Below the pieces are notes generated by a model. That model ran no database searches. It was given only the letters and a program-made list of their open reading frames with translations, and was not told the origin of the DNA. A DNA stretch of 63,138 nucleotides, counting the filler, from Collodictyon triciliatum (taxonomy: Eukaryota): assembly GCA_043381765.1 (NCBI GenBank). It is 13 parts of 13 records of this genome, joined end to end, with 100 filler letters (N's around TTAATTAATTAA, not from the genome) between each part and the next. Parts side by side here need not be neighbours in the genome. Positions count along the whole stretch, not along the records: positions 10,915 to 16,244 come from JBHJMP010005294.1; positions 16,345 to 21,668 come from JBHJMP010005295.1; positions 21,769 to 27,089 come from JBHJMP010005296.1; 10 more parts are not named here. One strand, written 5' to 3'. The translations under genes were made by a program, and so were the position numbers. Shown piece after piece: positions 11,864 through 25,178 of the stretch (its first letter is position 1; each line of letters begins with the position of its first letter).

Positions 11864-12616
11864 AACTTTGGCTGCACTTCCATATCGATGCCGGCGACTC
11901 CGAAACCCCGCTCCACCACTCCTAAAGGGGTTGCGCCATAAACCTGGGCAGAAGCTAATTCCAGAAGTGAGCGCGAGCGTGGTTGCGTAACCATACCGCA
12001 TAAGGGAATAACTAAATTGGAAAATATATGTTGAATACAATTATAATGAATGTCGATTAAATACTATCATGTTTTAATAATATATTATATACGCAATATA
12101 TTAAAAATATGTAAAAAAATATATGCTGATAATGAGCTATTTCGGTGGAACCGACAGAGCCACACAAAAAATTCACAGAATCATCCAAAAAACTAAGTGC
12201 CATATGCGGATACTGATTAAACGGAATGATAAAATCAAGAACCATCTCTGGATTTTTCGTGCCCTTTTCTTCTTTATTTCCATCGAAAGTGCCAATTTCA
12301 TTTACCATTCCTGGAATATCACCAATAGTATACTTTTGGTATATATTCTGCAAAACCCATAAAGCCACGCCAGAAGCCAGGAATAAAAATTCCGTAAAAA
12401 AGATAAAGCTGCCGAGGTCACAACACCTCACCCACACGCACGCACTTGATCTGAGCGAACGGGCAAGCGCATCAGTGTGTATATTGTGATCGATCTCGAA
12501 AGAGTTGTAGTATACAGGCACTGCCCACTGACCAACAACCTCACTCACAAACTCTCACAACCCCACTTGCAGACCAGACGCCATAGAGCAACAACACATC
12601 AAAGCCCTGAACGAGA

Positions 12617-13301
12617 ATGGGCGCAATAGTCAGCACAACACCACAGACAAGCGTCGCAGCCTCCGTCTCGCTGCAGGAGCTTTCGTCGAGGGCGCTAGTG
12701 ACTCCTCCTTTGAGCCGCTCGCACTCCGATCAGGCTTGGTCTGAGACGGGGCCAAGAGAGAGCTTTGGACGACGTATGGATCCTGTCAACCTGTCAATTT
12801 TTCGGCCTTCCAACAACCCAGCCCGTTGCTGTGGTCTATGCCACTCACCCTTCTCTCACCGCAACCACAGGGCTTGCCAAGGGACTCAAGCAGCTCAACA
12901 CGAAGCTGGGCCTGCAGACACAGCGCCCTTCTCCCACCAATTCGCTGATAGTCGATCTCGAAGGAGATCCTCTCTGCAAAGGTGCCCCGCTCGGCCTCAC
13001 GCGAGTTGAAATGGAGTCGCGAATGTCCCTTTGTGTCCATGCTTGGAATCCTTATGAAAGACCCGCCGGGATGGAATGCACACGCCCACTGCACTCCGAC
13101 CTGCTGGACGAGGAGCTCTCATGTCCCATTTGCCGCGATGCCTTTGCTCTTGGGGACGATACAGTTTACCTCCCACAATGCGCCCATGAGTTTCACCCGG
13201 ACTGCTTGCGGCCATGGATTCGCATTCACAACTCGTGTCCCCTCTGTCGCATCGTTGCCCTCCCACACTCCCTTTTACAATCTGAGCTTGTCGCCTCATG
13301 A
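12617..13301 (+). CDS. RING-H2 E3 ubiquitin ligase; probably myristoylated (MGAIVS), one intron inferred
   Basis: CPICRDAF..LPQCAHEFHPDCLRPWIRIHNSCPLCR is a C3H2C3 RING. The N-terminal ORF from 12617 is in a different frame and needs a phase-0 intron ending at the CAG at 12821; the donor is uncertain. Confidence 0.8.
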
Positions 13302-14110
13302 CTCAGTTTTTCCTTTCTTTTGTTTAATAGTTACATCTTGTCGCTTCATCCCATCGGCTTATCATGTCCTCATCATCTCCCACTTTCTCAGCGTCCTTCT
13401 GTATCTTATGTCGGATTCCTGATTCTTTTCTTCTTCGATACACCAAGCAAAGGTTCCAAGTAAAATAGACACACCCACGCTGCATTAGCGAGGGGATGAA
13501 TAAAATAGCACCCAACACCTTCTTTTTTTTTTAAAAAAAAAAAAAACACAATCAAAACAGCTTAAGTTCTTGCTATTCCATCACCCGCTTTGTGAAACCA
13601 TGTCTTCCATATATATATCTCTTCTGGTTACCTTTCTTTTATTTTCAACTCCCCCATTCGACCCACTTCATTCCGATAAAACAGAATGCCTAGGGAAAAT
13701 ATGAGCCCCAACAGATTGTCTGTGTCGGCCAGCACTGTAGATGTAGAGCCCGCAGCGTTTCACTCACCCAAGATGTGCGATTCCCCCAGACGGCAGCACA
13801 AGCAACCCTGATCCGACGGGCGGGCTGGAAACAGTCTTTGTGTACATCCCCCATTGATACCTGAAAAAATGATATTCACTGAATGTTCACTTGATTCATC
13901 CATACAAAGAAAATTGTGTGGCAGATCAACAAGTGGCGAAGTTGAGGCTGTAATCGCCGACGATCGATCACGAGTTCACAAAATATAAAAAATAAAATAG
14001 TAGGAACGCAAGAAGAACGTGAATTGTAAAAGCAGCAGAATAGACACGCTGAGATTCCCCACGTAATCCTGAATTCACTCGCTCCCAGTTGGTTTTGTTT
14101 TCTTCTCTCT

Positions 14111-14111
14111 C

Positions 14112-14209
<98 letters not shown>

Positions 14210-14230
14210 CTCTTTCTTTCTTTCTTTCTC
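14111..14230. repeat. (CTTT)n microsatellite. Other simple repeats: (ATT)n at 16345-16416, 32610-32703, 44533-44604, 48898-48994, 51040-51143, 52992-53088, 63014-63123; (AAAC)n 26885-26965; (GATTGT)n 57697-57765; (GTGAT)n 58085-58145; 13-mer 15194-15290; 14-mer 21769-21880; 15-mer 43248-43346
   Basis: Directly visible tandem repeats. Most contig ends terminate in such repeats or in homopolymers. Confidence 0.95.
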
Positions 14231-14466
14231 TCTTCCAGGTATTGATCGTTGACTCGTATAGTTTGTTTATAGTGGCGGGTACGTGGCGTTGGAAGTAGTG
14301 GCTGATGTTTCATTGCAGATTTTCTACTCTTTTTTAAATACAGTTTTTTTTATCAGCGGCTCTGGACAAATACCTTGTTCCAGCCGCATTTGAGACTCAC
14401 GAGTACTCTCGGCTGTTTCATTTGATTTACCTTCTTTTTCTTTTTGTTTTATTTTTCACTCGTTTC

Positions 14467-14497
14467 ACTTTGAATCGAATAAAGGGAAAAAAAAAAA
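14467..14497 (+). mobile_element. Ultra-short retroposed insertion, copy D
   Basis: ACTTTGAATCGAATAAAGGG-A11 lies between TTTTCACTCGTTTC (14453-14466) and TTTCCACTCGTTTC (14500-14513), which are 13/14 identical. Confidence 0.85.
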
Positions 14498-14658
14498 CAT
14501 TTCCACTCGTTTCTTTCGTTCCCCCACGCGGGCTCACTTGAAACCTGAATAATAAATAGCTTAATAACTACTTTGTCAACGTCCTTAAAACTCATGCATT
14601 GCCCAATAAACAGGAGATCATTCTCTCTTTCAGTTTGTTACGGCATCTAGACAAAAGG

Positions 14659-16127
14659 ATGAAGCCATGGATCATCGGAATGGCTTTGAATCTTGTTGGA
14701 TCCACAACCATCAACTTTGGCACGAATTTGATGAAATACTCTCACATTGTGGAGGAAAGAGAAAGAGAGCGCGAAAAACGCCCGACTGCTGCTTGCAAGA
14801 CAATATGGTACTTTGGTAAGACACTATTCCATCTATTATGCTTGTGTATTTATTAATTTCCTTATTTATATATGTTTATAGCATCTTTCATTTAAACTAT
14901 TCTAGATCGTCTGATCACTTATTACATGTGTCGCACGATAGGTTTCCTATTATTTGTAATTGGGAACGGGTTGAACTTTCTTTCATTTGGTTATGCCGCA
15001 CAGTCTCTATTAGCCGCCATGGGCAGTGTACAATTCCTTTCAAACGTCTTTTTTGCTTCTTGGCTACTAAATGAAAGGGTGAGTCACTCGTTGCAATCCG
15101 TTTATTCGTAATATTGCTTCTATTGCATGCAAAATTGACTTTCATAGCAGCACATCATTGATGTAGATTGTAACTTAATCACAGTTTTGTTTCTTTGTTT
15201 GTCTCTTTTGTTTGTCTCTTTTGTTTGTCTCTTTTGTTTGTCTCTTTTGTTTGTCTCTTTTGTTTGTCTCTTTTGTTTGTCTCTTTTGTTTGTTTGTTTG
15301 TTTCTTTGTTTCCCTAGATAGGAAATTTAGTATATCTCAATATATCTATATCTTTGAATCTTTATAGGTCACCAGCAGGGTTCTAGAAGGAACTAGCGCA
15401 GTATTTGTTGGAAATACATTTGTTCTAATATTTGCGAACCATGAATCACAAAGTACGTACCAAGACATCCAGTCAGTACGAATTGCGCTAATATGTCGTT
15501 GGGAATCACCATAATCTTAGGATGAATTTCCCGTTCATTTATTTACCACCTTCAATTTTCCAAATTCATAGCATACAGCATAGATGAAATTGAAAGCATG
15601 TTCACCAAGATGAACTTCATCACATATCTACTTTTATTATTTACACTGGTTGTCATAATATCCCTCTTTTACTCAAGAATAGCAGCGAAAAGCACAGTAT
15701 GTATTTCATCAGTGCTGTGAATCCATAAAAGTTTTTTTTTATTCTGGAGTAATCTCATCCGCAGTCTATCCTTTCCCACAGAATAATACATTACCAAACG
15801 GACAACACTATCTTGCCCCATTATGCTACGCGGCCATATCAGGAATGATTGGCTCCTTGAGTGTTCTTCTCGCCAAAGCAACGTACGTAATTGTTCAAAT
15901 GCTTAACAAGGACCTCCAATATACTTCTTTTTCTTCAAAAAAATTAATTCATAATATGAAACTTATTTGATATGAATTCTATATTATCCTATGTTTAGTG
16001 ATTATAATTATAATGATAATACTAACAGCTCCCAACTCGTTCGAACGACTACCTCTGGGGAGAATCAATTCCGATACAATTTTGCATATTACATGCTTTT
16101 TGGATGGATACTCTTGATGGTATACTG
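14659..16127 (+). CDS. NIPA-family (DMT superfamily) Mg2+ transporter, multi-exon, 3' truncated
   Basis: WIIGMALNLVGSTTINFGTNLMKYSH; GNGLNFLSFGYAAQSLLAAMGSVQFLSNVFFASWLLNER; AISGMIGSLSVLLAK; GENQFRY. GT-AG introns. Confidence 0.85.
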
Positions 16128-16344
16128 GGTAGGGACAGTTCAATGAACAAAAAAAAAAAAAAAAAAAAAAATCCTAAGAAAAAAAAAAAAGAAAAAAAAT
16201 GGAATAAAAATGGAAAAAAAAAACTTTTTTAAATTAATTATTTTNNNNNNNNNNNNNNNNNNNNNNNNNNNNNNNNNNNNNNNNNNNNTTAATTAATTAA
16301 NNNNNNNNNNNNNNNNNNNNNNNNNNNNNNNNNNNNNNNNNNNN

Positions 16345-16417
<73 letters not shown>

Positions 16418-16458
16418 GTTAAAACTTGCAAAAAGGTTTCAGTTGCTCTGAATTCTTA

Positions 16459-19400
16459 CAAATGCAGATGAATATGCTTTTTGAACAACGCCTAAGCTTG
16501 ATTTTTCTGGCACTGTAGGAATTTCTTTCAACCAAAGCTTGCAAATACCTTTCAGGGAGAAAGATTAAAATTATTTTAAATAAGTAAGAAAAAAAAGAAA
16601 AAAAAAAGGACATTTCGTGTATGGCACAATATATTGCATCCTGTACGAAGAGAAATTTTACAGGAGCGAATTAAATTTTGCAGTTATTTTAATTACTTAG
16701 TCCAGGGAGGATATCAGGTCGATAAGAGAGAGTCGCATCAGATGATATACTATTGAATAACTGGGTCAGGAGTTTAAGCCCATCTTTGCCTTGATTATCC
16801 GCCTTTAAATATCGTCTTGATTGCAATATGGAACTATCTAGCAATCTTTGAAGGGACTTTGACAGAAAATCGCTTCATTACTCGCGTGTTGGCACAGGAT
16901 TTGAAATTTGGTATTACATTATCCAAAACTTACTTTCGAGGAGGCTTGCAGAACTTTGTCATGCGATTCTTTCAAAATCCTTTGGCATTCTGAGACTACA
17001 TATAGAACAGATCGACATAAATGCTTGACAGTATTATCTGGCATAACGAATACCATTTCCCTTTCTTCAAAATTTTCATTTTAGAGGCTATATTTATGGC
17101 CCATATCAGCGCACATGCAGGGTTGCTAAAAGTATGAATATAATTTCATATCAGAGTGCTGGTTACTAGGGTCGATAGGCTCAGCTTTCGATAGTGGGCT
17201 GTCTTCTTCCCCTTCGCTCTGAACGTAGTTACTATTTCCTTCTTCACCGCCGGCACTTGATTCAGAGTTTTTTTCAATACTATTCAGCGACTCCTCGAGC
17301 ATGAATGCAAAATCGGGGTAGTTGTCAAGAGCACTCCAAGCTGCCTCGCGGACCAGTGGGGATTTCGACTTGGTATAATTCCATAATATATGCGACTATT
17401 ATTTCAAATAATTTGTTATTCCTTCTTTTTTAGACGTACTTCTTTTCTTATAGGATGGATAAAAGAAAATCCAAGTTCCCAATTTTCGTTTCTTTTTTTT
17501 TCAATAATTTCTAGCCTTTTATGCTTTTATTAGTTTTGTTCTATTCTTGACATCTACTGTACTCGTTTCATATTTTTTTTCATATACAAACCAGAGAAAT
17601 TAAATCATGAGGAGTTGCATCCCTCTGCGGCCTGAGAATAAAAAAAAAAAAAAGAGTTAAAAAGAGTACTTTGAGGACTTTATTTTCAATCAAAATATGG
17701 ATTTTTTGAGTGTTTTCACTGGTAACGAGGACAATAAAATAAAGTATAATCATGGTGATAATGAAGTGCAATAACGGGAATTAATAAAGTAGGTTATGAT
17801 ACACATAATGGTTTCATGGAAATAAAGCAATATGGGCAAATAACCCGATAGCGAGGAAGAGGCAAAGTCGCTGTAAAACTAGCGCTCTGTCCTCGTCCTG
17901 CATTCTTTCTTCAATGACGCCCCATGCACTCATGAATTCAAGCTAAAAGTAAATTTGTCATTAGTTTTTATATCTGTTAATAATTTACAAAAATCTGTTT
18001 TCGTTTTTAAAGTAAAGTAGTGTGTAATCTATTATTTCGAAGAGGTATTGGGTTGAGTCGGTATAATACCTCATCCACCAGACACAGTTCTATAAGGCAA
18101 TCTAATCCGACAGATACGATAATCTCGTCATCGTCATTAGTTATCATATCTGATATCAACGCAATAAGTTCGACGCCATCACTTCCTCGTGTTTTGCATA
18201 TCGTTTTAATGGATAAAGCAGCCTGGCGTTTCAACTCCCGCGAGCTAGACTGCTCATTCACTACAGCCTCAATTTTACTCCTTACATATGGAAATACTTT
18301 AGGTATATTGGTATAAATCTTGGTAAGCATCTGCAGAGTCACAGCAACCAATCTCTGGTTTTGATGGGAACGTAATCGTGTTGCTGAGGTGGGTGCCATT
18401 CCTTCGATTATTTTCAAAACAGGGCCGAGGAATTCAGCTTTTGTGCACACCGAAGCGATTGTCAAAAGGGTTTTATGCTTCAGCTTAGGTGACTCAACTT
18501 TGTTGGTGAAGTCCATTAACGGGCCCAACAGGGTAAGTGCTGAGATTAATCAATTATGATTTTAGAACGATAATATTGTCGAAAAATATTTACACAGGAA
18601 AATATCCGTACAATTAATACGAGCTAACTATCATGCTTTATTAGTTTACCAAAATGTAGAAAGATAAAAGAACAGTTGTAATCGAGTGGCTACCTCTTCC
18701 TGAGTCTCTTTTTGAGAACGATTCGATGCAGTCTAATATGTGGTGCGCTATTCCACATTCAATCGCGTTTCTGACAGACTCGAAATTTTTGAGATGCATA
18801 GTGAGAGTGTTCAAGAATATTGCGGTGAAGAGACTGTCCTGAGTTCCATGTTTCTTCATATCATATTCGAGCTTAGCATCATCAAACCAGTCGACGAGAC
18901 TTAATTTCTCATCCTAAATGAAACGTGAGATTATAAATTTAGCTTTCAACCACATGAATGGTTAGCGTGCCTGATTGACAAGTATTTACATTCGATGGGG
19001 GAATATGACCCGTATGTTGTGTGATATATTGCGTAATTGGTTTCATGAGAGCATTTAAACAGCTGGTTATTCTAGTATCTGACAGACTTTCATGGTTTCC
19101 ATGCACAGTTCGATATGACGAATGATGAATGCTATGTTGGACGCAGCTCCAAGACTGAGAGACAGGTTGTCGACCTTATAATAGACTTTTATTAATCAAA
19201 ATTAAATAGCAACTCCCTGTTTCTTGTATGGTTGAGAGTAATACTTTACCTTTGCGGGATCTTTTGATATGATTCTATTCGACTGGCTCTCGATTGATGT
19301 CCATATTTTGTTCATTAATGGGCCTGCGAGTCTGTACTGGCATGAGAGTGCCTTATAATCCAAGTTGAGTCAGAGCAGGGTGGAATTATGCTTCTTTGAG

Positions 19401-21442
19401 TTCACACATTATATTTCTCATTTGAAAGATGATTTGATTAGGCAAAAATATGCAATTTATCACACACTGTTCTTGCTGGGTACGAGAATGCGGATAAATG
19501 ACCGATAGAACTACCATATTTATTTTTAAAGAAAAGAAAAGAAACGATGGAGTAAAGTTTTATTGTTTTTATCGCAACAGATACAAAAAAAAATTTTACA
19601 TGTTTGATTTTGTATGATTAACTTCATGTAAGTTGATGATAATAGAGATAGAAAAATCAAAAAAAAAAAAAACATCCTTACAATTCTTGAAAAATACTTG
19701 GTGATGTAAGAATATCACTAATTTCGTATAATTCTTGGTCTGAAGCATCGAATGACAGAACAGAAAGACAAAAGATGGCCAAATTAAATGTCATCTCCAT
19801 TTCACTAGCAGTTGGTCTGCTACTGTCCATTTTTTGTGCATCCTCTCCCCATTTAAAGGAACTCAAATTTACCGCAAAGTATTCTTTCATAATTTTCAGC
19901 AAATTCAACGTCGACGTCCTGCTTTGTCTATCATATTATTTCTTATGAGTTAACTTAATCTTCATATGCTTCATGAGCCTCGAGGCGTCAGATTCAAATT
20001 AACAAAATACGGCTTATGATATAGTAATTCCAAATACAAGATACGAATAGGAAGAAAAAAACTTGAAACTCATGCAGGCTTCTGTAAGAATATGAAGGTA
20101 TTTCCTCAAAGTAATAGAAAAAAGTTGCGTATCCAGTGCCTATAGTTGAGTAACGTTATATTGTTGATTCATAAACATTGGAGATGGAGGGAAAAGAAAA
20201 TAAAAAGGCCTGGTTTGTGTGATTGTGGTACTTTTTTATCTTACTTACCACAGGCTCGAGCATCGACACTAAATCGTGCAAATTCGTAAAGAGATATTCT
20301 ACAAAGTCTTTCGATGTCCTGGGAGTGCAGACGACAAAATACAAGTGGTTAAGCAGAAGGTCTATGTACGAATGCAACAGCTTGTTGATTTCTACATGGC
20401 ACCCATCCTCCAGGAATTCGTCGTAATAATCAAAAAACATATCACTAACGCTTTTCAAAAACAGCTGTCCAGGATACTAGAGCATTACTGTTGGTCAGTA
20501 TTGGGATTGGTTGTCTACTTTAATTGATTTTAGAGAAAAATAAATAATTAACTCTGTTGAAAGCTGGATTACATTGTCAGATGGCGCGTCTGGTGCTTTT
20601 ATGTGTAGATGCGCTAAAAATGGTTCAATGGACACCAGGTTTCTCGCGATCATCTAGGGTAAAGATTTTAAATCGTGCATATTTCTAAAAGAAAGAATCA
20701 ACTGTGTGTATCCGAATCATCTTTATCAATAGGTCGATTACTTCGGGTCTTAGAAGTTGTTCGCGACCGAAAAATATCCATGAAGTGACCACCTCGCAGA
20801 AAGTCTTTGGAGTTGCACTGAGTATTCTGGATGCACGTACAAAGGCATGACCTGGTAAATGTTAATAAAGTGTTGCACAATTAAACATCTAGAGAACATA
20901 TATTTTACGATTATAATTAAGCATAAAAGATGCATGCATTGAGAGTACTGGATAATTGGTATTACAACCATACCCACAACCAAACAAAGTGCAATTGAAT
21001 AGGAGGTTATGATTAGAGAATATACTTTCGATTTCAGACGTAAAGGTGTATGCGTGCCTCAATGATTCGACAGGACGGCTAATTTGAATTCCTCTATGGC
21101 CCAAATCAACACAAATGATGCCCAATACGTACGGGGTCGTAAAGGAATTGATCGACTTTATGATGTCCAAAATCTTTAATGCTATCTGAAGGTGTTTTCA
21201 CATGACTGAGCAAAGATTTTGAAGAAACAAACTAAATACAAATCATATATAAAAACACATTTTCGATTTAATCATAAATATGATGGATAGAATTATCAAA
21301 CCATACATAATTACTGCATAGAATATCATTTTTGCTTATGGCTAGAAGCTCTTCATACGACGCCTCAGAGGTCATTACAGCTTGTGAGGAGGCCCCCTTG
21401 AGTAATGCGCTCAAGGCTTTCGAATGGTGCAGTCCATCCCCC
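16459..21442 (-). CDS. FOCAD: Focadhesin/RST1-like ARM-repeat protein (DUF3730 region), multi-exon, partial at both ends
   Basis: AALSIKTICKTRGSDGVELIALISDMI..SVGLDCLIELCLVDEV|LEFMSAWGVI resembles the RST1/focadhesin motif AASIRDVC..P..GVDLI..LG..L..LCEADVIDFYTAW.VI. Many exons are spliceable in frame. Confidence 0.7.
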
Positions 21443-21995
21443 TATTGGCTTGCGCTTATCATTCATCCAATTCACTTACAGTTATACAGCTTTATCTTCT
21501 GATTATTTTTTAAGGATTTTATGTGTTTTCTATTGGGATTTATTGGGCTTTTTATTGTGCGTTTTATGTTTTATGTTTTTTATGTTTTTTATGTTTTTTA
21601 TGTTTTTTATGTTTTTTATGTTTTTTATGTTTTTTATGTTTTTTATGTTTTTTATGTTTTTTATGTTTNNNNNNNNNNNNNNNNNNNNNNNNNNNNNNNN
21701 NNNNNNNNNNNNTTAATTAATTAANNNNNNNNNNNNNNNNNNNNNNNNNNNNNNNNNNNNNNNNNNNNAAAAAGTGAATAAAAAAAAGTGAATAAAAAAA
21801 AGTGAATAAAAAAAAGTGAATAAAAAAAAGTGAATAAAAAAAAGTGAATAAAAAAAAGTGAATAAAAAAAGTGAATAAAAAGCCCATCAATATCCCAATA
21901 AAAAAACTTTTCATTCCGCACGAACATAAAATAATTCTTTATGATTAACCTCAAATCCCCTGTCAAAAGTCTAACGCAAATTGGCTCATTTCAAG

Positions 21996-24900
21996 ATGAC
22001 TTCGCCTCCGACAATATTAATCGAAGAAACAGAGGCTCCAGCAGCAGATTTTCAAACATTAACTCAACCACAAACCCAAGCTCAAGCCTCACTAAGCCCA
22101 CAATATGCCACCAACCATCGCACTCGATCAACCTCGGTTAGTTCATATATTGAGTCTGAAATAATGGCGGACACCGCCATTGCAAGTACCTCGAAAATAG
22201 GCCCAAACTCAACTTTTAGTGGAACAGCCCGCGGGGTGCGATACTCGTTCTCAAATCAAAGTGAGTCAGCCATAAACAACCAAGCCAGCGATGCTGAGAT
22301 GAAAGCAATTTTTTTGCAACGATTCATTCTTGTTGCAGATCGAGATTTATGCATCCAGTTCGATTATTCAGAAACATTGGCTGGCATTTTCATGCAACCT
22401 CATCATGTTCGGATTCTTGCAAGGTTTTTGAGGTACACCAGCGCTGTATTCTTCCCATTCATACTTATCACTGCATGCTTGTTTTTATTGATGGTTGCCG
22501 ATAGAAATCTGTATGAGCCTACGCTATTCGCCGTAATAGTATCTGTGAGTTTAGTGCTGCAAATAATTTCCATCCTTGTCTTGCAACCGATGGCGCTGAA
22601 GTACTGTTTCTACAATTTCGAGACTGTTTACGTAATTTGTAATGTCTTTGGTATTTGCATTTGTTTGGCTGATATGTTCCATTGGGAGCCGACTGTTGTA
22701 CTATTTTCTTCGTTCCTTTTTCTCGCTTATTCCAATTTGATTCTCATGGATTCATGGCCGATATCTTTCAACCAGTATCAACAAAAGATAGGCTCCATCA
22801 TACGCTTCACACATCAGACTCAAGATAACACGATACCGACAAATTCTAGACAAGGTTCAGAGCCATCAAGCTCGAACTTGGACGGAAGAAGGCGTTCGTC
22901 TGTAACAAAAGCATTATTTACCCTCATATCAAAGAGTACGACCAATATTCGCAAAATAAGCGCGAGTAGCGGACGCAAATTTTCTGGTTCCATTAAAATA
23001 GACTCAAAGATACAGATTGTAGACAAGTGCAGGCAGTTTTACAAACTTTTTTCGAGATTTTATCAAAAATCAACAACATTTGGGATTTTGGTTCGCAGGA
23101 GATTTCAGGTTGCTAGCTTGAATGGCATCGATAAAATGTTTGTCTTGATATTTGCGATATTTTCTCCATTAGTTTTATACATGCTTATCTTTACGAGTAC
23201 ATCGTCATTGATTCAAAACAGGCGATTCAATATCTTACACACTTACATCACAACGAGGTCTGTCTTTGGCTCACTCTGTATCAACATAGTCATCTTTACT
23301 ATCCGGCGGTTCGTCGTATACATTTACCACCCATTAAAATTCTTTTCTATAAAAAACAGATCATATAGAATCCCACTCGTGACTGAATGGATTTCCATTC
23401 TGGAGTTGCCTGGAGAAGTGATAAACTCCTTCCACCAAACGCTCTATCAATTGTCTGACGTATCAACAATTACAAAAACAGGCGATCAAGTGCCGTTGAA
23501 TTTTCCAAATGGATCTTCATCAAGCAACCCAATCCAACAAAAATCCACGTCGGCTCAAACTTCGTCGCCCATTCCCTTAGATGATGCAAATATATCTCAA
23601 GCAATACCCTTACACAGAAGACCCAGTATGGATGCTGCTCGCTCGAGACAAAAGAGAGTTTCATTTAGCGCGGCTATTGTTGAAGAGTTTGATGAAACTG
23701 AAAAAAAACGGCCAAACTCAGACAGACATATAATAAGCCATATGGAATATCAGCAATGCGTCGATGAAAACGACATGATACTTGAACCAAGAATTCCAAA
23801 AAATGAGCTGAGCTATGGAAAAGAAATGGGCACCCAAGAAGAGCAATTTAAAAAGGGTGCATCATCTTCTCAGCTTGACCCAGAACTAAACACTATGCAG
23901 CCCGTGAATACTAAAACCATCGATATCTGTGCTCAACAAAGACCACCAGAGTCTCAAATTATAAAGCGAGATACATTCCAGAAATCAGATATGATACCAG
24001 AGACAGATGCAAGCCAACCGGAGGATAATTGCAAAAATGTTGAATCTGACACAAACACGCAATCGAAATATGTCCAAGAAACATATATTCCTACCAACCA
24101 CAACCGAAGAACATCAAGGGCACAACCCACAGTCGACCGAATCGCGCTTATAACTACACCGTTAGGCGAATATCACATAATGGACGCATCTCTCCTTGTA
24201 TGTGATTGGATACTATCCAACACCTTGTCAGCTCTATTACGCAGAAAAACTCGATTTGTTCTGAAGTTCCTTAACCCAGTTACCCTCTTTATCATATTTT
24301 TTTGTGTTGCTGTCATTTACACAGATTCATATGTCCTTGGTTATGTTGGCATCCCAGTTTTTATCATGGGTTGGGCACAGCGAGGATTAATCTTTCTTCT
24401 TTTCTCAAAAGAGGCGCTGATTAGATGCCTCAAGGCTTTTGAAAACTGGTTTCTGTTGGTAAATTCGTTTGTGTTTCTAATCGGCTTGAGTGATTACTTG
24501 GGGTGGAACGGTGTTCGGATTTATGGGGCAATTACATTCATGACGATAACATATATTGAAGCAATCCTGATGGACGCTCGGCCGATTCACGTTCGACCCA
24601 TCAAGGAGCGATTAAAAGAATTGAGCGAATCCATCCGTGCTCAAAGAATGCCCCCATCTGAGTTGGCTCGACAGCTGTATTTAATTGGACATTTGTTAAG
24701 ATACCAGTTTCAGTTTCGGGTGGCGTATTCAAGTAACACTACAAACAATGCAAGCGGGTTCTCAAGACATGGGTGGATGGAGACTGAAAATAATAGGATG
24801 GATGATGAATTATACATCCAAACACACGAATCAAACCACGAATCATGGAATCTTTGGCTCCGCAGAAGAAAATGTCTGTTCAAAGACCTTTCGGCCGTTC

Positions 24901-25178
24901 CCATTTTTGAGATGCTTGCACTTATTCTGTTTCAATCGGCAATCATATTGTTAATACAACTAGATACCATTCCAGACTCGCACGTGCGAGCAATATCCGG
25001 GGCTGTGGGCGAATGGCGAACAACATCGATTATCCAGGCCACTGGCTTGAATCTAAATATTTTCTTCGCCCGGAGGCTTTGGGGTTATGTGGACGACCCG
25101 CTTCGCAGCATGTGTTATGACAAGCGAGTGGTTCGCATTCCAATCATTCCCGAGCTGGACACGATTGGTCTTTCTTGA
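21996..25178 (+). CDS. Intronless multi-pass membrane protein (about 1060 aa) with two homologous TM modules; function unknown
   Basis: Uninterrupted ORF with first ATG at 21996. Two hydrophobic blocks share motifs (FE..[YF]...N, L[AS]D...W, ILMD..P, N..IF..RR...Y...PL, RIP[LI][VI]). Confidence 0.9.
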   Translation: MTSPPTILIEETEAPAADFQTLTQPQTQAQASLSPQYATNHRTRSTSVSSYIESEIMADTAIASTSKIGPNSTFSGTARGVRYSFSNQSESAINNQASDAEMKAIFLQRFILVADRDLCIQFDYSETLAGIFMQPHHVRILARFLRYTSAVFFPFILITACLFLLMVADRNLYEPTLFAVIVSVSLVLQIISILVLQPMALKYCFYNFETVYVICNVFGICICLADMFHWEPTVVLFSSFLFLAYSNLILMDSWPISFNQYQQKIGSIIRFTHQTQDNTIPTNSRQGSEPSSSNLDGRRRSSVTKALFTLISKSTTNIRKISASSGRKFSGSIKIDSKIQIVDKCRQFYKLFSRFYQKSTTFGILVRRRFQVASLNGIDKMFVLIFAIFSPLVLYMLIFTSTSSLIQNRRFNILHTYITTRSVFGSLCINIVIFTIRRFVVYIYHPLKFFSIKNRSYRIPLVTEWISILELPGEVINSFHQTLYQLSDVSTITKTGDQVPLNFPNGSSSSNPIQQKSTSAQTSSPIPLDDANISQAIPLHRRPSMDAARSRQKRVSFSAAIVEEFDETEKKRPNSDRHIISHMEYQQCVDENDMILEPRIPKNELSYGKEMGTQEEQFKKGASSSQLDPELNTMQPVNTKTIDICAQQRPPESQIIKRDTFQKSDMIPETDASQPEDNCKNVESDTNTQSKYVQETYIPTNHNRRTSRAQPTVDRIALITTPLGEYHIMDASLLVCDWILSNTLSALLRRKTRFVLKFLNPVTLFIIFFCVAVIYTDSYVLGYVGIPVFIMGWAQRGLIFLLFSKEALIRCLKAFENWFLLVNSFVFLIGLSDYLGWNGVRIYGAITFMTITYIEAILMDARPIHVRPIKERLKELSESIRAQRMPPSELARQLYLIGHLLRYQFQFRVAYSSNTTNNASGFSRHGWMETENNRMDDELYIQTHESNHESWNLWLRRRKCLFKDLSAVPIFEMLALILFQSAIILLIQLDTIPDSHVRAISGAVGEWRTTSIIQATGLNLNIFFARRLWGYVDDPLRSMCYDKRVVRIPIIPELDTIGLS

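Noticed and set aside
12057-12548. 163-aa minus-strand ORF (similarly 28876-29160, 38338-38693, 57563-57874, 58159-58377)
   Set aside because: No recognisable motif or supported splice model. Some may be real exons, but this cannot be shown from the sequence.
18961-20215. Extra GC-AG donors in the focadhesin-like gene (18970, 20208)
   Set aside because: In-frame GT donors upstream (AAA|GTCTGT, GTG|GTAAGT) explain the splicing without GC.
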